Part shown: in pieces, positions 55,011 to 64,000 of the stretch
Numbering within the stretch: position 1 is the stretch's first letter
Layout: the number at the start of each line of letters is the position of its first letter
DNA from: an uncultured virus (IMG/VR IMGVR_UViG_3300047560_001157)
Taxonomy: Duplodnaviria > Heunggongvirae > Uroviricota > Caudoviricetes
Reading direction: 5' to 3' (one strand)
DNA: 64,000 nt
Virus record (IMG/VR): IMGVR_UViG_3300047560_001157
Notes under the pieces: model-generated
What the model was told of the DNA's origin: nothing
Seen by the model: the letters and a program-made list of their open reading frames with translations, nothing else
Databases searched by the model: none
Program-made: the position numbers and the translations under genes

Positions 55011-58000
55011 TTATGCAAAGTCATCAATTCTACCTTCGCTTTGAGGTAGTCTATCTAAATTAAGTAGAGGCACAATCTCAGGTGCTTCACTTGCAGGTTT
55101 TGGTCCAGCACTTTCGTCGGCAGACACTGCTTGACCAGAACTGGTTGATCCGCTGGTAGTAACTGCTCCGCTAGAGTCAGTACCGCCGGTGTTGTTTAGT
55201 ATGCCAAGTATTCTTTCTTCTTCTGCAAGCTGTTCATCAGTCAATGCGGCTCTTTCTTCATCCTTGACTTCAAAATCAATATCTTGTTCTTGATATCTAA
55301 TCAGTGTTAACGTTTGTTCAAACTTACCAGTTTTGAATTCGTTTACTACTTCTTGTACTCTGTATACACCACTGAATGTGGTTGTGTCTGTGCTTACCGA
55401 AGCTGTGCCACCTTTAAGATCGTCCATGTCTGTTGGCAGTACAACATCAATCCATGCTAGAACTTCGCCAGCATCCATGATCAATGCATTGTTGTTTAGT
55501 GTAATATCGCCATTGGACCTATAGGCTTGATCTACTTTTATACCATCTGATGTAGCAGTACGTCCGTTGGGATCATACCACTTGTTAACATTAAAAAATA
55601 TATCGTCTTGTTTGATCAGCGTAGGATCGCCGATAATTTTTAATGTTAGTGTTAACATGTCTCCTGTGGACCTGCTGTAGATGCTGTCGTTCATGGAACT
55701 AATTGCAACAGACACAGGATCTTTATCAACTTTTTTGCCAGTGATTGCGCTAAGGTCTTGACTTACAACCAGCAAGGACACAGGTGTAATTGTATTTGAA
55801 GTTTTTTTAGATCTATCGTTAGAGTCTTTTCCAGATTGTTCTGCGGTAGCATCATTGCCCTGTGCATCTCGAGTATCATCATCTGTGTTTACTTCTTTCA
55901 ATGCTGAAATAGTAGTAATGTACAGCATGTCAAAGTCAATTTGGAAATCAATGATCGACGTGTTCTCGCCAGAATACAAGTATTTGTAGTATTTGACTAC
56001 GTCTGCTTTTTTAGGAGATTGCTTTGGCAGATTAGGATGTTTTGTATTGTAAACCAAATAAGGTAGTACAAAGTATGTGACATCGTAGGTCCATCTATTG
56101 ATTACGGCATCAAATCCTGTAATTGAAATCGAAGGCAAAATCTTCCACCACTTGACAATGCCTTTCTTAGATGTTGTTGTAGCTTCATTTTTGTTTGCTA
56201 CCAACACTTGCCCACGGATATAATCTGATGATAACATCACCATGTTGATTACTTCAGGAATTGCCATACCAGCTGGGATAGACCATCTGTCACGTTTCTT
56301 TTCATCTGCCACTGGACGGTCACGAGGCATGTCTGGCTTGGCCATAGCACTTCTACCTGCAGACGAATCAACTTCGCTGGGCCGTGCCATTTTTTCTCCA
56401 GCAATAATTTCATCGTGGAATCGCACTTTGATAGAATTAGGTATACTGTTTTGATCAACCACATTCAGTTGTTTTAGTTTAGCGTACCAACTGTTTACAC
56501 CAGCAATGTAGCTGTTGATTTCATAAGTCTTGTCTTTAAGACTTCCGTTCTGTTCTAATATCCTAGCGGCTGCATCTGCTTCGCCAATGTTTTGTTGCTT
56601 GGCCAAGTTTGCAATTTCATTGCGTTGATTGTCAATAGAGTTGTTAATTAAATTTGTATCACTGGCATTAGTATCTGCAAAAAACTCTCGCAATGTCATC
56701 GACGACACATCAAAGTTTGCAGGAGTGGTTGACATGGACTGCAACAAACTTCTATGATGGAATGGTGCGGCTGTACACACATATTCGCTGCCTTTGCCCG
56801 ACACTTTGACTTTCATATCAAAGATTGAAATTGGAATGTATTTTCTATGTTCAATTAATAAGCCAAATTGACTGTCATAGAAATCAATCTGCAACATATA
56901 GCACAACTGCATATATGTAGGCTGTTTTAGTTTCTTTGATGTTTTTAACAGTCTGTCCAACAGGCTGAGTCCATATGGCTCAATGATAGTGAATTCAATG
57001 TCAATGGTGTTGGTTGTTCTATTAGTAGAACTAGGCCCAACAACTTGTGATACTTTTAGTCCGTCAAAAAAGAAATTGTGTTCCCAACCAGGCTCTCTGC
57101 GTAAAAATGTTTTTGACAGAGTTGGATCACCATCAACTGTTTGATCCAGCGGGCTGGTGCTGAATACGTTTTCATCCCATCTGCCTGCACTTGCAATCAG
57201 CGTGTGCGAAGGTTTCCAATCTGCCGCGTTCTGTGACAGTTGTTTGTGTTCTTCTTCTGTCAGAACATGCAAGGCTATGCCATATGTATAGTTGGAAAAT
57301 TGATCCAGCGGGTTGTCCACAACATAGCTGGTAAACCCTTCTCCTGCTTGAGCATCTGTTACTACACTAGGATCGCTTGCACTTGATTTAATAGCATCGA
57401 CTGGTGTGAATGATTCATCTGATGATTCAGCTTCTCGTGCCGCTAATCGACTGGCTATTTCGGCAGCGGCTGCTGCCTGTTTAGCTTGGTATTCTGTTCC
57501 TCCGCCAATTGCTTCTCTTTTCAAGTCGTCAAGACTTTTGCCGTTGTTGTTTATTCTAATACGCTCTTCGGCTGATAAATTTTGTACAGTAGACGCATCG
57601 GCTTGTGCAGATGAATCCACTGCATCAGCGGCTCCGCCATCTCGAACTTTTCTTGCGGCAGCTTCGGCTTCGGCATTTGCTTTTGCTGCCTGCATTGCAA
57701 CAAGTTGATCATATGGCTTAGAATAAGGTAAAAGACCATTGTTGGCATTTTTATACGAATCAACATACGATTGAAAATCAGCATATTGATCAGTACGCAA
57801 AATACTATCGTATGTGGTGAGCGTGTCGATTTGACCTGTGGTCAGTCTGCTATTTTCCGCGGCCCAGTTCTTGAATGCTTTTAGTTCATTGTCCTGCTGT
57901 TCAAACAGAGCAAGATTGCTATTCCTGAGAGTTCCGTATAAATCAAGATCATCTTGTCTTAGTTCACGTGATGCTCCGTTACCTTCGTATACTATAACCT

Positions 58001-58595
58001 TGCCGTCTTTTTCTTCAACCTTGACAATATTAGGAACATGTTCGTCAGTGAAATAATTATTTTTAAGATAGATTGACAACACAGCTGATCGCTTGGCGTC
58101 TTCCATCCCTGCTAGTGTTCTGTCAGCTTCAACTTTTAGTCGTTGTGCTTCTTGTTCACTGGCAATTTGCTGTCGGTAAGATTCAATTGAGAATCCGTCT
58201 GCAACTAAAGTAGTCACAGCCTTCTCTGGTGTCACAGCCTGAGAATCTTTGATTTCAGACAAGGTAACGTCAGAAACCTTGACGTCAGACAAGTTTGCTA
58301 GTTTGCCTGTTTTATAATCTATTATTGCCCCAGGCGCCCAGTCGGCTGGTACTTCAACATCTTCAACACTAAGAGACACACCTACAGTCCAGGTTCCGTC
58401 TGGGCTTTGTGTTATGGTTAGTTCTGGTTCAGTGAATTCATTTACAAGAAGCAAACCGGCCTGCACATCAGTGAATGTATTACCGTAGATCGTTTGAAGT
58501 GCTCTAACCTTGGCTTGTAGTATGGCCGCGTCTTTTGTTGATTGAAGATCTTTGCCAACTTGTACTGACTGGCCGTTGAGGGTAGTGTTAGGCAT
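55011..58595 (-). CDS. baseplate hub-like protein with long N-terminal extension
   Basis: Lies between the gp53-like and gp5-like genes; FTIIEPYG, L.IIGDP and FSGVYRV.EV.NEF..GKFEQTL.L.R are typical of hub C-termini. Confidence 0.6.
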   Translation of the reverse strand: MPNTTLNGQSVQVGKDLQSTKDAAILQAKVRALQTIYGNTFTDVQAGLLLVNEFTEPELTITQSPDGTWTVGVSLSVEDVEVPADWAPGAIIDYKTGKLANLSDVKVSDVTLSEIKDSQAVTPEKAVTTLVADGFSIESYRQQIASEQEAQRLKVEADRTLAGMEDAKRSAVLSIYLKNNYFTDEHVPNIVKVEEKDGKVIVYEGNGASRELRQDDLDLYGTLRNSNLALFEQQDNELKAFKNWAAENSRLTTGQIDTLTTYDSILRTDQYADFQSYVDSYKNANNGLLPYSKPYDQLVAMQAAKANAEAEAAARKVRDGGAADAVDSSAQADASTVQNLSAEERIRINNNGKSLDDLKREAIGGGTEYQAKQAAAAAEIASRLAAREAESSDESFTPVDAIKSSASDPSVVTDAQAGEGFTSYVVDNPLDQFSNYTYGIALHVLTEEEHKQLSQNAADWKPSHTLIASAGRWDENVFSTSPLDQTVDGDPTLSKTFLRREPGWEHNFFFDGLKVSQVVGPSSTNRTTNTIDIEFTIIEPYGLSLLDRLLKTSKKLKQPTYMQLCYMLQIDFYDSQFGLLIEHRKYIPISIFDMKVKVSGKGSEYVCTAAPFHHRSLLQSMSTTPANFDVSSMTLREFFADTNASDTNLINNSIDNQRNEIANLAKQQNIGEADAAARILEQNGSLKDKTYEINSYIAGVNSWYAKLKQLNVVDQNSIPNSIKVRFHDEIIAGEKMARPSEVDSSAGRSAMAKPDMPRDRPVADEKKRDRWSIPAGMAIPEVINMVMLSSDYIRGQVLVANKNEATTTSKKGIVKWWKILPSISITGFDAVINRWTYDVTYFVLPYLVYNTKHPNLPKQSPKKADVVKYYKYLYSGENTSIIDFQIDFDMLYITTISALKEVNTDDDTRDAQGNDATAEQSGKDSNDRSKKTSNTITPVSLLVVSQDLSAITGKKVDKDPVSVAISSMNDSIYSRSTGDMLTLTLKIIGDPTLIKQDDIFFNVNKWYDPNGRTATSDGIKVDQAYRSNGDITLNNNALIMDAGEVLAWIDVVLPTDMDDLKGGTASVSTDTTTFSGVYRVQEVVNEFKTGKFEQTLTLIRYQEQDIDFEVKDEERAALTDEQLAEEERILGILNNTGGTDSSGAVTTSGSTSSGQAVSADESAGPKPASEAPEIVPLLNLDRLPQSEGRIDDFA

Positions 58596-58598
58596 TGA

Positions 58599-58898
58599 TT
58601 ACAGTCCCAATGCGGCAACCAAATCCCGTTGCTTAGGCAAGCGTATGGTAACGCCTGACAGGAAGTCCCCAATAGGGTCTTGTATTACATTAGGATTACG
58701 TGCGGCAAACACCCACCATAGTCCTGCATCACCATATAAGTCGTATGCTAGTAGGTCAGGCCTATATTGATAAGCTCGTTCTATTACATACACCGTGTCG
58801 TCTTTTCTAAAAGGTATAGTACGCTTTTTTTGTACGTCTAAAAATGTACCATAGACTGGTGTACCATAGTATGGACTTGTTTTAGCATAAGTTGCCAT
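58599..58898 (-). CDS. baseplate wedge protein, gp53/LysM-like
   Basis: YRPDLLAYDLYGDAGLWWVFAARN...I.LP. Confidence 0.8.
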   Translation of the reverse strand: MATYAKTSPYYGTPVYGTFLDVQKKRTIPFRKDDTVYVIERAYQYRPDLLAYDLYGDAGLWWVFAARNPNVIQDPIGDFLSGVTIRLPKQRDLVAALGL

Positions 58899-59686
58899 TA
58901 AATGATACCTCCTCGGTTGCTACTGTCTTTGACCAGTAGTCCACGTACATAATCATCCAACTTCATTTCTTCAGCTTGACGCTGTCTGCTTAGTACTGGC
59001 TGTATGGTTACAGTTAATGTACTAGAAGTTGGCATCCAGCCATACTCCTCATTGTCTTTATAACTGTACTTGATGTAATCACAATCATCGGGCATGGTGT
59101 GTGACACCTGTGTTACCACGCCTGTGATAGATGGCAAATAATGGTCTCCGTATCCGCTTAGTCTAACCAGAGTTGGCGGTGTGCCTGCTTTTGGATCACC
59201 TTTACCAAAATACATTTTTGTACAAGCACGAAGGAATTGCAAACTGGCCATTAGATAAAGTGCCTCGGCACCATTTTGACAGGTAAATAGTCCTGTAATG
59301 GTAATTGGTGCTACATCGCTGCCTTCATAGAAATAATTCTTATAGTTGCTGTGTGTCAGAGCTTGCTCTTGATACCTTGCGTTATGTTGCATAGTAACAG
59401 TAGGCGTGTGTGGAAATACAACTCCATCTGTGCCTGTACTTTTACCGCTTTGACTTATCAAAGGATAGACGATGCTAGGAAAAACACCGCTCCTAAAAGC
59501 AAAATTAGAGCTTGGGGGCAAGCTGATACGCACTCGCCAATCTTTGGTAGCGTCCAGTTTTGTATTTCTTCCATCGTCTAGATTTTCCAAGGCTCCAAAT
59601 CTAAACATGTTAAGACGAGTGTTTGACAGGTCTGAACGTGCTGGCAACCCTCCGGGTAAAGCCCCATTTAATCTGCTTGTTGACAT
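58898..59686 (-). CDS. tail-tube initiator / baseplate-tube junction protein (gp48/gp54-like)
   Basis: VFPHTP, HSNY and GTPP.LVRLSGYG; first gene of the baseplate module. Confidence 0.55.
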   Translation of the reverse strand: MSTSRLNGALPGGLPARSDLSNTRLNMFRFGALENLDDGRNTKLDATKDWRVRISLPPSSNFAFRSGVFPSIVYPLISQSGKSTGTDGVVFPHTPTVTMQHNARYQEQALTHSNYKNYFYEGSDVAPITITGLFTCQNGAEALYLMASLQFLRACTKMYFGKGDPKAGTPPTLVRLSGYGDHYLPSITGVVTQVSHTMPDDCDYIKYSYKDNEEYGWMPTSSTLTVTIQPVLSRQRQAEEMKLDDYVRGLLVKDSSNRGGII

Positions 59687-59700
59687 AATGTGTTAGCCTC

Positions 59701-59729
59701 TTGCTTTTCTACTATTTACCTGTTAAAAT
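59701..59729 (+). promoter_or_regulatory. sigma70-type promoter for the late sigma gene
   Basis: TTGCTT (59701-59706), 17-nt spacer, TAAAAT (59724-59729); SD AAGGA before ATG 59761. Confidence 0.55.
59713..59718 (-). promoter_or_regulatory. putative late promoter (TAAATA) for the baseplate/tail operon
   Basis: Minus strand GGTAAATA, then a GAGG SD and ATG 59686. Confidence 0.65.
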
Positions 59730-59760
59730 AACAGGTAGTTTTATAAGGATTTTATTACAA

Positions 59761-60639
59761 ATGAAACACAACTATCTGAATAACAAAGACATATTAAAAG
59801 AAATACACAAGAGCAAGAACACCTACTGCTGGTTTATGACGCCTGGTGATGCCGATTACGACATGATTATTTCTGACAACAAGAAAATAACCAAAAAAGA
59901 CATCCTGCAGGCTAGAAAAAATCGTGCTGAGCGACTGGGCAAACTGGCCTACGAAGAGTCCATTGCCAATGGTGTGAAAGTAAAATTAGAAGAAGTTACC
60001 CCCAAGCATACTAAAATTCCCGAGGAAGATGTTGTTTTTCGTGTGATGACCTGGGAACATGTGCCACTGCAAGAAGAAGTTAAAGTTGCAAAAAAGCGTA
60101 GTAAATCCGAACCTGTAGACGAAGACGAGTCTGTTGACACCGAATACGATGAAGAAGTTGTCAAGCCAACTAAATTTGTCAAAGTTAATTTTCCTCCTTT
60201 CAAACACGTGAAGTTTGTTAAAAACGAAGAAGGCGAGTTAGAGCCAACCACAGTGGGTATCAGTCATTGGAAGGGCGATCCAGAGACTGGGCACTACAGT
60301 CGTGAGCATGGAGCAATGACCAACAAGCTGGCACACATGTTTATGAAGCTGTGTGAACGTTATGCTACCCGTAGTAACTGGCGTGGTTACACCTACAATG
60401 ACGAAATGCGCTCACAGGCTCTGCTACAGTTAAGTCAGATTGGATTACAGTTCGATGAAAGCAAGTCACAGAATCCTTTTGCGTATTACACTGCGGCTAT
60501 TACCAATAGCTTTACTCGTGTGCTTAATATTGAAAAACGCAACCAAAACCTAAGAGACGACATTTTACAAATGAACAACCTGAACCCAAGTTACACCAGA
60601 CAAATGGCCAACAGTGGTTCTGGTATGCACGAAGAGTAG
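59761..60639 (+). CDS. late-transcription sigma factor, T4 gp55-like
   Basis: NYLNNKD.L, NWRGYTY.DEM, FDESKSQNPFAYYT and SF.R.LN.EK; upstream of gp47/gp46 as in T4-like phages. Confidence 0.88.
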   Translation: MKHNYLNNKDILKEIHKSKNTYCWFMTPGDADYDMIISDNKKITKKDILQARKNRAERLGKLAYEESIANGVKVKLEEVTPKHTKIPEEDVVFRVMTWEHVPLQEEVKVAKKRSKSEPVDEDESVDTEYDEEVVKPTKFVKVNFPPFKHVKFVKNEEGELEPTTVGISHWKGDPETGHYSREHGAMTNKLAHMFMKLCERYATRSNWRGYTYNDEMRSQALLQLSQIGLQFDESKSQNPFAYYTAAITNSFTRVLNIEKRNQNLRDDILQMNNLNPSYTRQMANSGSGMHEE

Positions 60640-60652
60640 ATTATCAAATCTC

Positions 60653-60681
60653 TTGCTTTTGTCATTACAACTGTCTATACT
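60653..60681 (+). promoter_or_regulatory. sigma70-type promoter for the gp47-gp46 operon
   Basis: TTGCTT (60653-60658), 17-nt spacer, TATACT (60676-60681), 8 nt before ATG 60690. Confidence 0.6.
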
Positions 60682-60689
60682 AGGATGCT

Positions 60690-61703
60690 ATGTCTAACCT
60701 ATTCAAGAAGGCTGCGGTCTTCACCGATATTCATTTTGGCTTAAAAAGCAACAGTATCACTCACAACGAGGACTGTTTATCGTTTGTTAAATGGGCAGTT
60801 GCCAAAGCCAAAGAGGAAGGGTGCGAAACGTGCCTGTTCCTTGGTGACTGGCACAACAATCGAGCCGCACTAAACATTCTCACTCTAAACTACAGTCTCA
60901 AAGCACTGGAGCATATGAATGACAACTTTGAAGCTGTTTACTTCATTCCTGGTAATCACGATCTATACTATAGAGACAAGCGCGATGTACAAAGCGTGGA
61001 ATGGGCACGTCACTTACCAAACGTGCATATTTGCAATGATTGGTTTAGCGACGGCGATGTTGTTATCGCTCCATGGCTTGTGGGCGACGACCACAAAAAG
61101 CTATTAAAGAAAAAAGGCAAGTATTGTTTTGGGCACTTTGAACTGCCTGGCTATTATATGAATGCCATGGTTCAAATGCCGGATGTGGGTGAGGCCAGGC
61201 GTGAGGACTTCTTGGGCTTTGAGCAGGTGTTTACTGGTCATTTTCACAAGCGTCAAAGCGCCAACAACATTACCTATATTGGTAATGCGTTTCCACACAA
61301 CTACGCCGATGATGGCGACGAAGAACGTGGACTGACTATTATTGAATGGGGTCAAGACCCTGTTTACCACGCCTGGCCCGACCAACCTACATATCGTGTG
61401 CTGAGTTTGAGTAGTGTGGTGAACAATGCAGACAAAATCTTCAAGCCCAAGATGCATGCCAGGATCAACATTGACATTGATCTCAGCTACGAAGAAGCAA
61501 ACTTCATTAAAGAAACATTCATTGATACTTACAAACTGCGTGAGCTTAGTTTAATCCCCAAGAAGGATGTTGAAGTCACAGCAGATGCCACAGGCGAAAT
61601 CAAATTTGAAAGCATTGATACCATAGTACAAAATCAAATCAATGCTATTTCCAGCGAACACTACGATCCAAAACTACTGTTAGACATCTACAGGAACTGT
61701 TAA
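60690..61703 (+). CDS. recombination endonuclease subunit, gp47 / Mre11 / SbcD-like
   Basis: Metallophosphoesterase motifs DIHFG, LGDW, GNHD, GHFE and GHFH. Confidence 0.92.
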   Translation: MSNLFKKAAVFTDIHFGLKSNSITHNEDCLSFVKWAVAKAKEEGCETCLFLGDWHNNRAALNILTLNYSLKALEHMNDNFEAVYFIPGNHDLYYRDKRDVQSVEWARHLPNVHICNDWFSDGDVVIAPWLVGDDHKKLLKKKGKYCFGHFELPGYYMNAMVQMPDVGEARREDFLGFEQVFTGHFHKRQSANNITYIGNAFPHNYADDGDEERGLTIIEWGQDPVYHAWPDQPTYRVLSLSSVVNNADKIFKPKMHARINIDIDLSYEEANFIKETFIDTYKLRELSLIPKKDVEVTADATGEIKFESIDTIVQNQINAISSEHYDPKLLLDIYRNC

Positions 61704-62590
61704 TGCAGGCCAGTGATATCACCTGGTTACAAGTAGAAAATACTACTCGGTGCAATGCCTGGTGTCCCTCTTGTGGCAGGAACAACGGTGGCTATGGATT
61801 AAGAGATAACTTTGTAGAACAGGATTTAGATATCAATCGATTCAAAGAAGTGCTGGACATGTTTCCTAACTTGTCTACTATACAATTTTGTGGCACATAC
61901 GGTGATGCACTGGCTTCGCCGGATTCTCTTGAACATATCGAAATCGCTGTGTCTCGTGTTGGGCACGTGAACATTCATACCAATGGCAGTTTACGCAATC
62001 AAGACTGGTGGCGTGATCTTGCTGAACTGCTCGCTCCTATTAGGCACGAAGTCTGGTTTACACTAGACGGACTAGCAGGAACACATGAAATATATCGCCA
62101 AGGCACAGCATGGCAAAAGGTTATCGACAATGCCACTGCGTTTATTGATCAAGGCGGACAAGCGGTATGGCAGTTTATACCGTTTGAGCACAACCAAACA
62201 GAAATAACTCGATGCATAGCACTGAGTCAGCAGTTGGGATTCAAACGTTTTGAAATAGTTAGAAATGTTAGATATCCCGATGTGGCAAAACACTATCAAA
62301 CAGGACAAACAATTGAAATAAAGCCTTGGAGCAAAGATCAAAAGACCAACAAGTACAAACAACCTGACAGAACAGTAACCACAAAAGACTGTAGGCATCT
62401 AACAGATCCCAGTGTGTATCTAAGTGCCAATGGTCAGTTGTCGCCGTGCTGTTTTTTCAATCACAGGCGTGAGTACCACAGCTTTGATCAGTTGCCAGAT
62501 ATTAAACTTGAATTAGAACAGCATCCTCACCAGAAATGTTTACATTCCTGTGGTACATGTGCTAGTATAGACAACCATGATGATAATTAA
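61703..62590 (+). CDS. radical SAM enzyme with C-terminal SPASM/twitch-like domain
   Basis: CNAWCPSC, CGTYGD, HTNG, LDG and YRQG; C-terminal C..PCC..C...C. Confidence 0.85.
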   Translation: MQASDITWLQVENTTRCNAWCPSCGRNNGGYGLRDNFVEQDLDINRFKEVLDMFPNLSTIQFCGTYGDALASPDSLEHIEIAVSRVGHVNIHTNGSLRNQDWWRDLAELLAPIRHEVWFTLDGLAGTHEIYRQGTAWQKVIDNATAFIDQGGQAVWQFIPFEHNQTEITRCIALSQQLGFKRFEIVRNVRYPDVAKHYQTGQTIEIKPWSKDQKTNKYKQPDRTVTTKDCRHLTDPSVYLSANGQLSPCCFFNHRREYHSFDQLPDIKLELEQHPHQKCLHSCGTCASIDNHDDN

Positions 62591-64000
62591 AAATCTTACT
62601 GTAAAAAACTTTATGAGCGTGGGTAATGCCACGCAGGCCATTCGATTTGATCGCAGTGATCTTACACTGGTGTTGGGGCAAAACCTAGACCTAGGCGGGG
62701 ACGACACAGGCGCACGTAATGGCACAGGCAAGACCACAATCATCAATGCACTGAGTTATGCGCTGTACGGCGAAGCACTCACACGCATTCGCAAGGAAAA
62801 CCTAATTAACAAAACCAATGGTAAAGCTATGATGGTTACCATTGAGTTTGACAAAGACGGAGTCAGCTACAAGATTGAGCGTGGGCGTAAACCCAACACA
62901 CTGAAATTCTTTGTGGGTGATGTAGAGCAAGAACAAAAAGACGAAGCACAAGGCGACTCAAGAGAAACACAACATGCCATTGAACAGCTATTGGGCATGA
63001 GTCACGAAATGTTCAAGCACGTGGTTGCATTGAACACCTACACAGAGCCGTTCTTGAGCTTGAAAGCCGCAGAACAACGTGTGATGATTGAACAGTTGTT
63101 GGGCGTTACACAGCTATCAGAAAAAGCCGAAGCTCTCAAAGAGCAAATGAAGGCTACCAAAGATGCAATTACCAAAGAGGAATATCGCATCAAGGCTGTG
63201 CAGGATGCCAACAAGCGCATGGAAGATCAGATTGCTAATCTACGTCGCAGACAAACTCTGTGGCAGACCAAGAAGCAGGAAGATCTAGAAAAACTTGCTG
63301 TAGGCTACGCAGAGCTGGACAAAATTGACATTGAAGCAGAACTGGTTGCACATCAACAGCTTGCAGAATACTTTGTTAAAAAGCAAGCCATTGATCAACT
63401 TAAAAAATATATTGTACAGAACGAGCGCGATGAAGCTCGTGAAAATCGTGTGGTGGAAAAGCTCAAAGCAGAAATTGCCAGCTTGGAAGATCACAAGTGT
63501 CATGCTTGTGGACAAGAACTACACGACAACAATCATGAGCAGTTGCTTGCTACTAAAAAAACAGAAATGCAGGAAGCCGCACTGAATGCGCTGAGTGCAA
63601 ACACACAGTACATGGAGAACACCACTGCACTAGCAGAACTAGGTGAGCTGGGCGAAGTTCCTAAAACATTCTATGAGCGTGAAGCAGATGCATTTGAGCA
63701 TCGTGCCAGTCTGGGTGCCATACTTGGACAGATTACTGCTAAACAGGAAGAAGCAGATCCATACTCTGATCAAATTGTAGAAATGGAAAAGCAGGCGCTG
63801 GAAGAAATTGATTATGATGAAATGAACAGGTTAACCAACCTGCTGGATCATCAAGACTTTTTACACAAACTGCTTACCAGCAAAGACAGCTTTGTTCGCA
63901 AACGCATCATTGATCAAAACTTAACTTATCTAAATCAACGACTAAGTTACTACCTTGACAAGATTGGCTTGCCACACACAGTGGTATTCCAAAACGACTT
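62577..64000 (+). CDS. recombination ATPase subunit, gp46 / Rad50 / SbcC-like (truncated by the window end)
   Basis: Translated by hand: MMIIKNLTVKNFMSVGN, Walker A NGTGKT, long coiled coil, zinc hook CHAC; reads open to the end of the window. Confidence 0.92.
   Translation, partial: MMIIKNLTVKNFMSVGNATQAIRFDRSDLTLVLGQNLDLGGDDTGARNGTGKTTIINALSYALYGEALTRIRKENLINKTNGKAMMVTIEFDKDGVSYKIERGRKPNTLKFFVGDVEQEQKDEAQGDSRETQHAIEQLLGMSHEMFKHVVALNTYTEPFLSLKAAEQRVMIEQLLGVTQLSEKAEALKEQMKATKDAITKEEYRIKAVQDANKRMEDQIANLRRRQTLWQTKKQEDLEKLAVGYAELDKIDIEAELVAHQQLAEYFVKKQAIDQLKKYIVQNERDEARENRVVEKLKAEIASLEDHKCHACGQELHDNNHEQLLATKKTEMQEAALNALSANTQYMENTTALAELGELGEVPKTFYEREADAFEHRASLGAILGQITAKQEEADPYSDQIVEMEKQALEEIDYDEMNRLTNLLDHQDFLHKLLTSKDSFVRKRIIDQNLTYLNQRLSYYLDKIGLPHTVVFQND

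Noticed and set aside
59701..59760. TTG start at 59701 for the gp55-like ORF
   Set aside because: This stretch is the promoter region; ATG 59761 has an SD and begins at the conserved NYLNN motif.
1080..63585. Many 60-170-aa ORFs antisense to or nested within long genes
   Set aside because: They are shadow frames of motif-bearing genes, with no SD, promoter or recognisable motif.
1..64000. Genome-wide TGA reassignment (code 4 or 25) suggested by the TGA at 42967-42969
   Set aside because: TGA ends many genes at natural C-termini in ATGA overlaps (3378, 5777, 6280, 7188, 8274, 10314), and coding density is already near complete under the standard code.
1..64000. tRNA/rRNA genes, introns, inteins, transposases, integrase
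   Set aside because: Intergenic gaps are under 100 bp with no cloverleaf seen; no splicing, homing-endonuclease or recombinase motifs noticed. tRNAscan-SE and Infernal were not run.

Overview
This window is a gene-dense segment of a large lytic T4-like (contractile-tail) bacteriophage using the standard genetic code. 1-11.2 kb (+ strand): small early genes behind sigma70-type promoters, a MoxR-type AAA+ ATPase with a HEXXH-vWA partner, small membrane and hypothetical proteins, dihydrofolate reductase and thymidylate synthase, then an NDP-sugar trio (SDR epimerase/dehydratase, DegT-type aminotransferase, Gfo/Idh/MocA oxidoreductase). 11.1-23.1 kb (- strand): five tandem radical SAM enzymes with N-terminal SPASM/twitch-like Cys domains, flanked by glycosyltransferase-like genes. 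23.2-59.7 kb (- strand): tail fibres and baseplate (two paralogous fibres, two giant in-frame ORFs of 1951 and 4134 aa separated by one TGA, and gp6-, gp25-, gp5-, hub-, gp53- and tube-initiator-like genes), with TAAATA late-promoter motifs. 59.7-64 kb (+ strand): gp55-like late sigma factor, gp47-like nuclease, a sixth radical SAM, and a gp46-like ATPase cut off by the window end. Best candidates for novelty: (1) an amino-sugar / glycosyltransferase / multi-radical-SAM system running on from the tail genes, possibly for virion glycosylation; (2) a single in-frame TGA splitting a potential 6086-aa baseplate protein; (3) a strand-specific GG/GA-depleted early gene; (4) a late promoter nested in the late sigma factor's own promoter. 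All product calls come from motifs read by eye; no database search was run.
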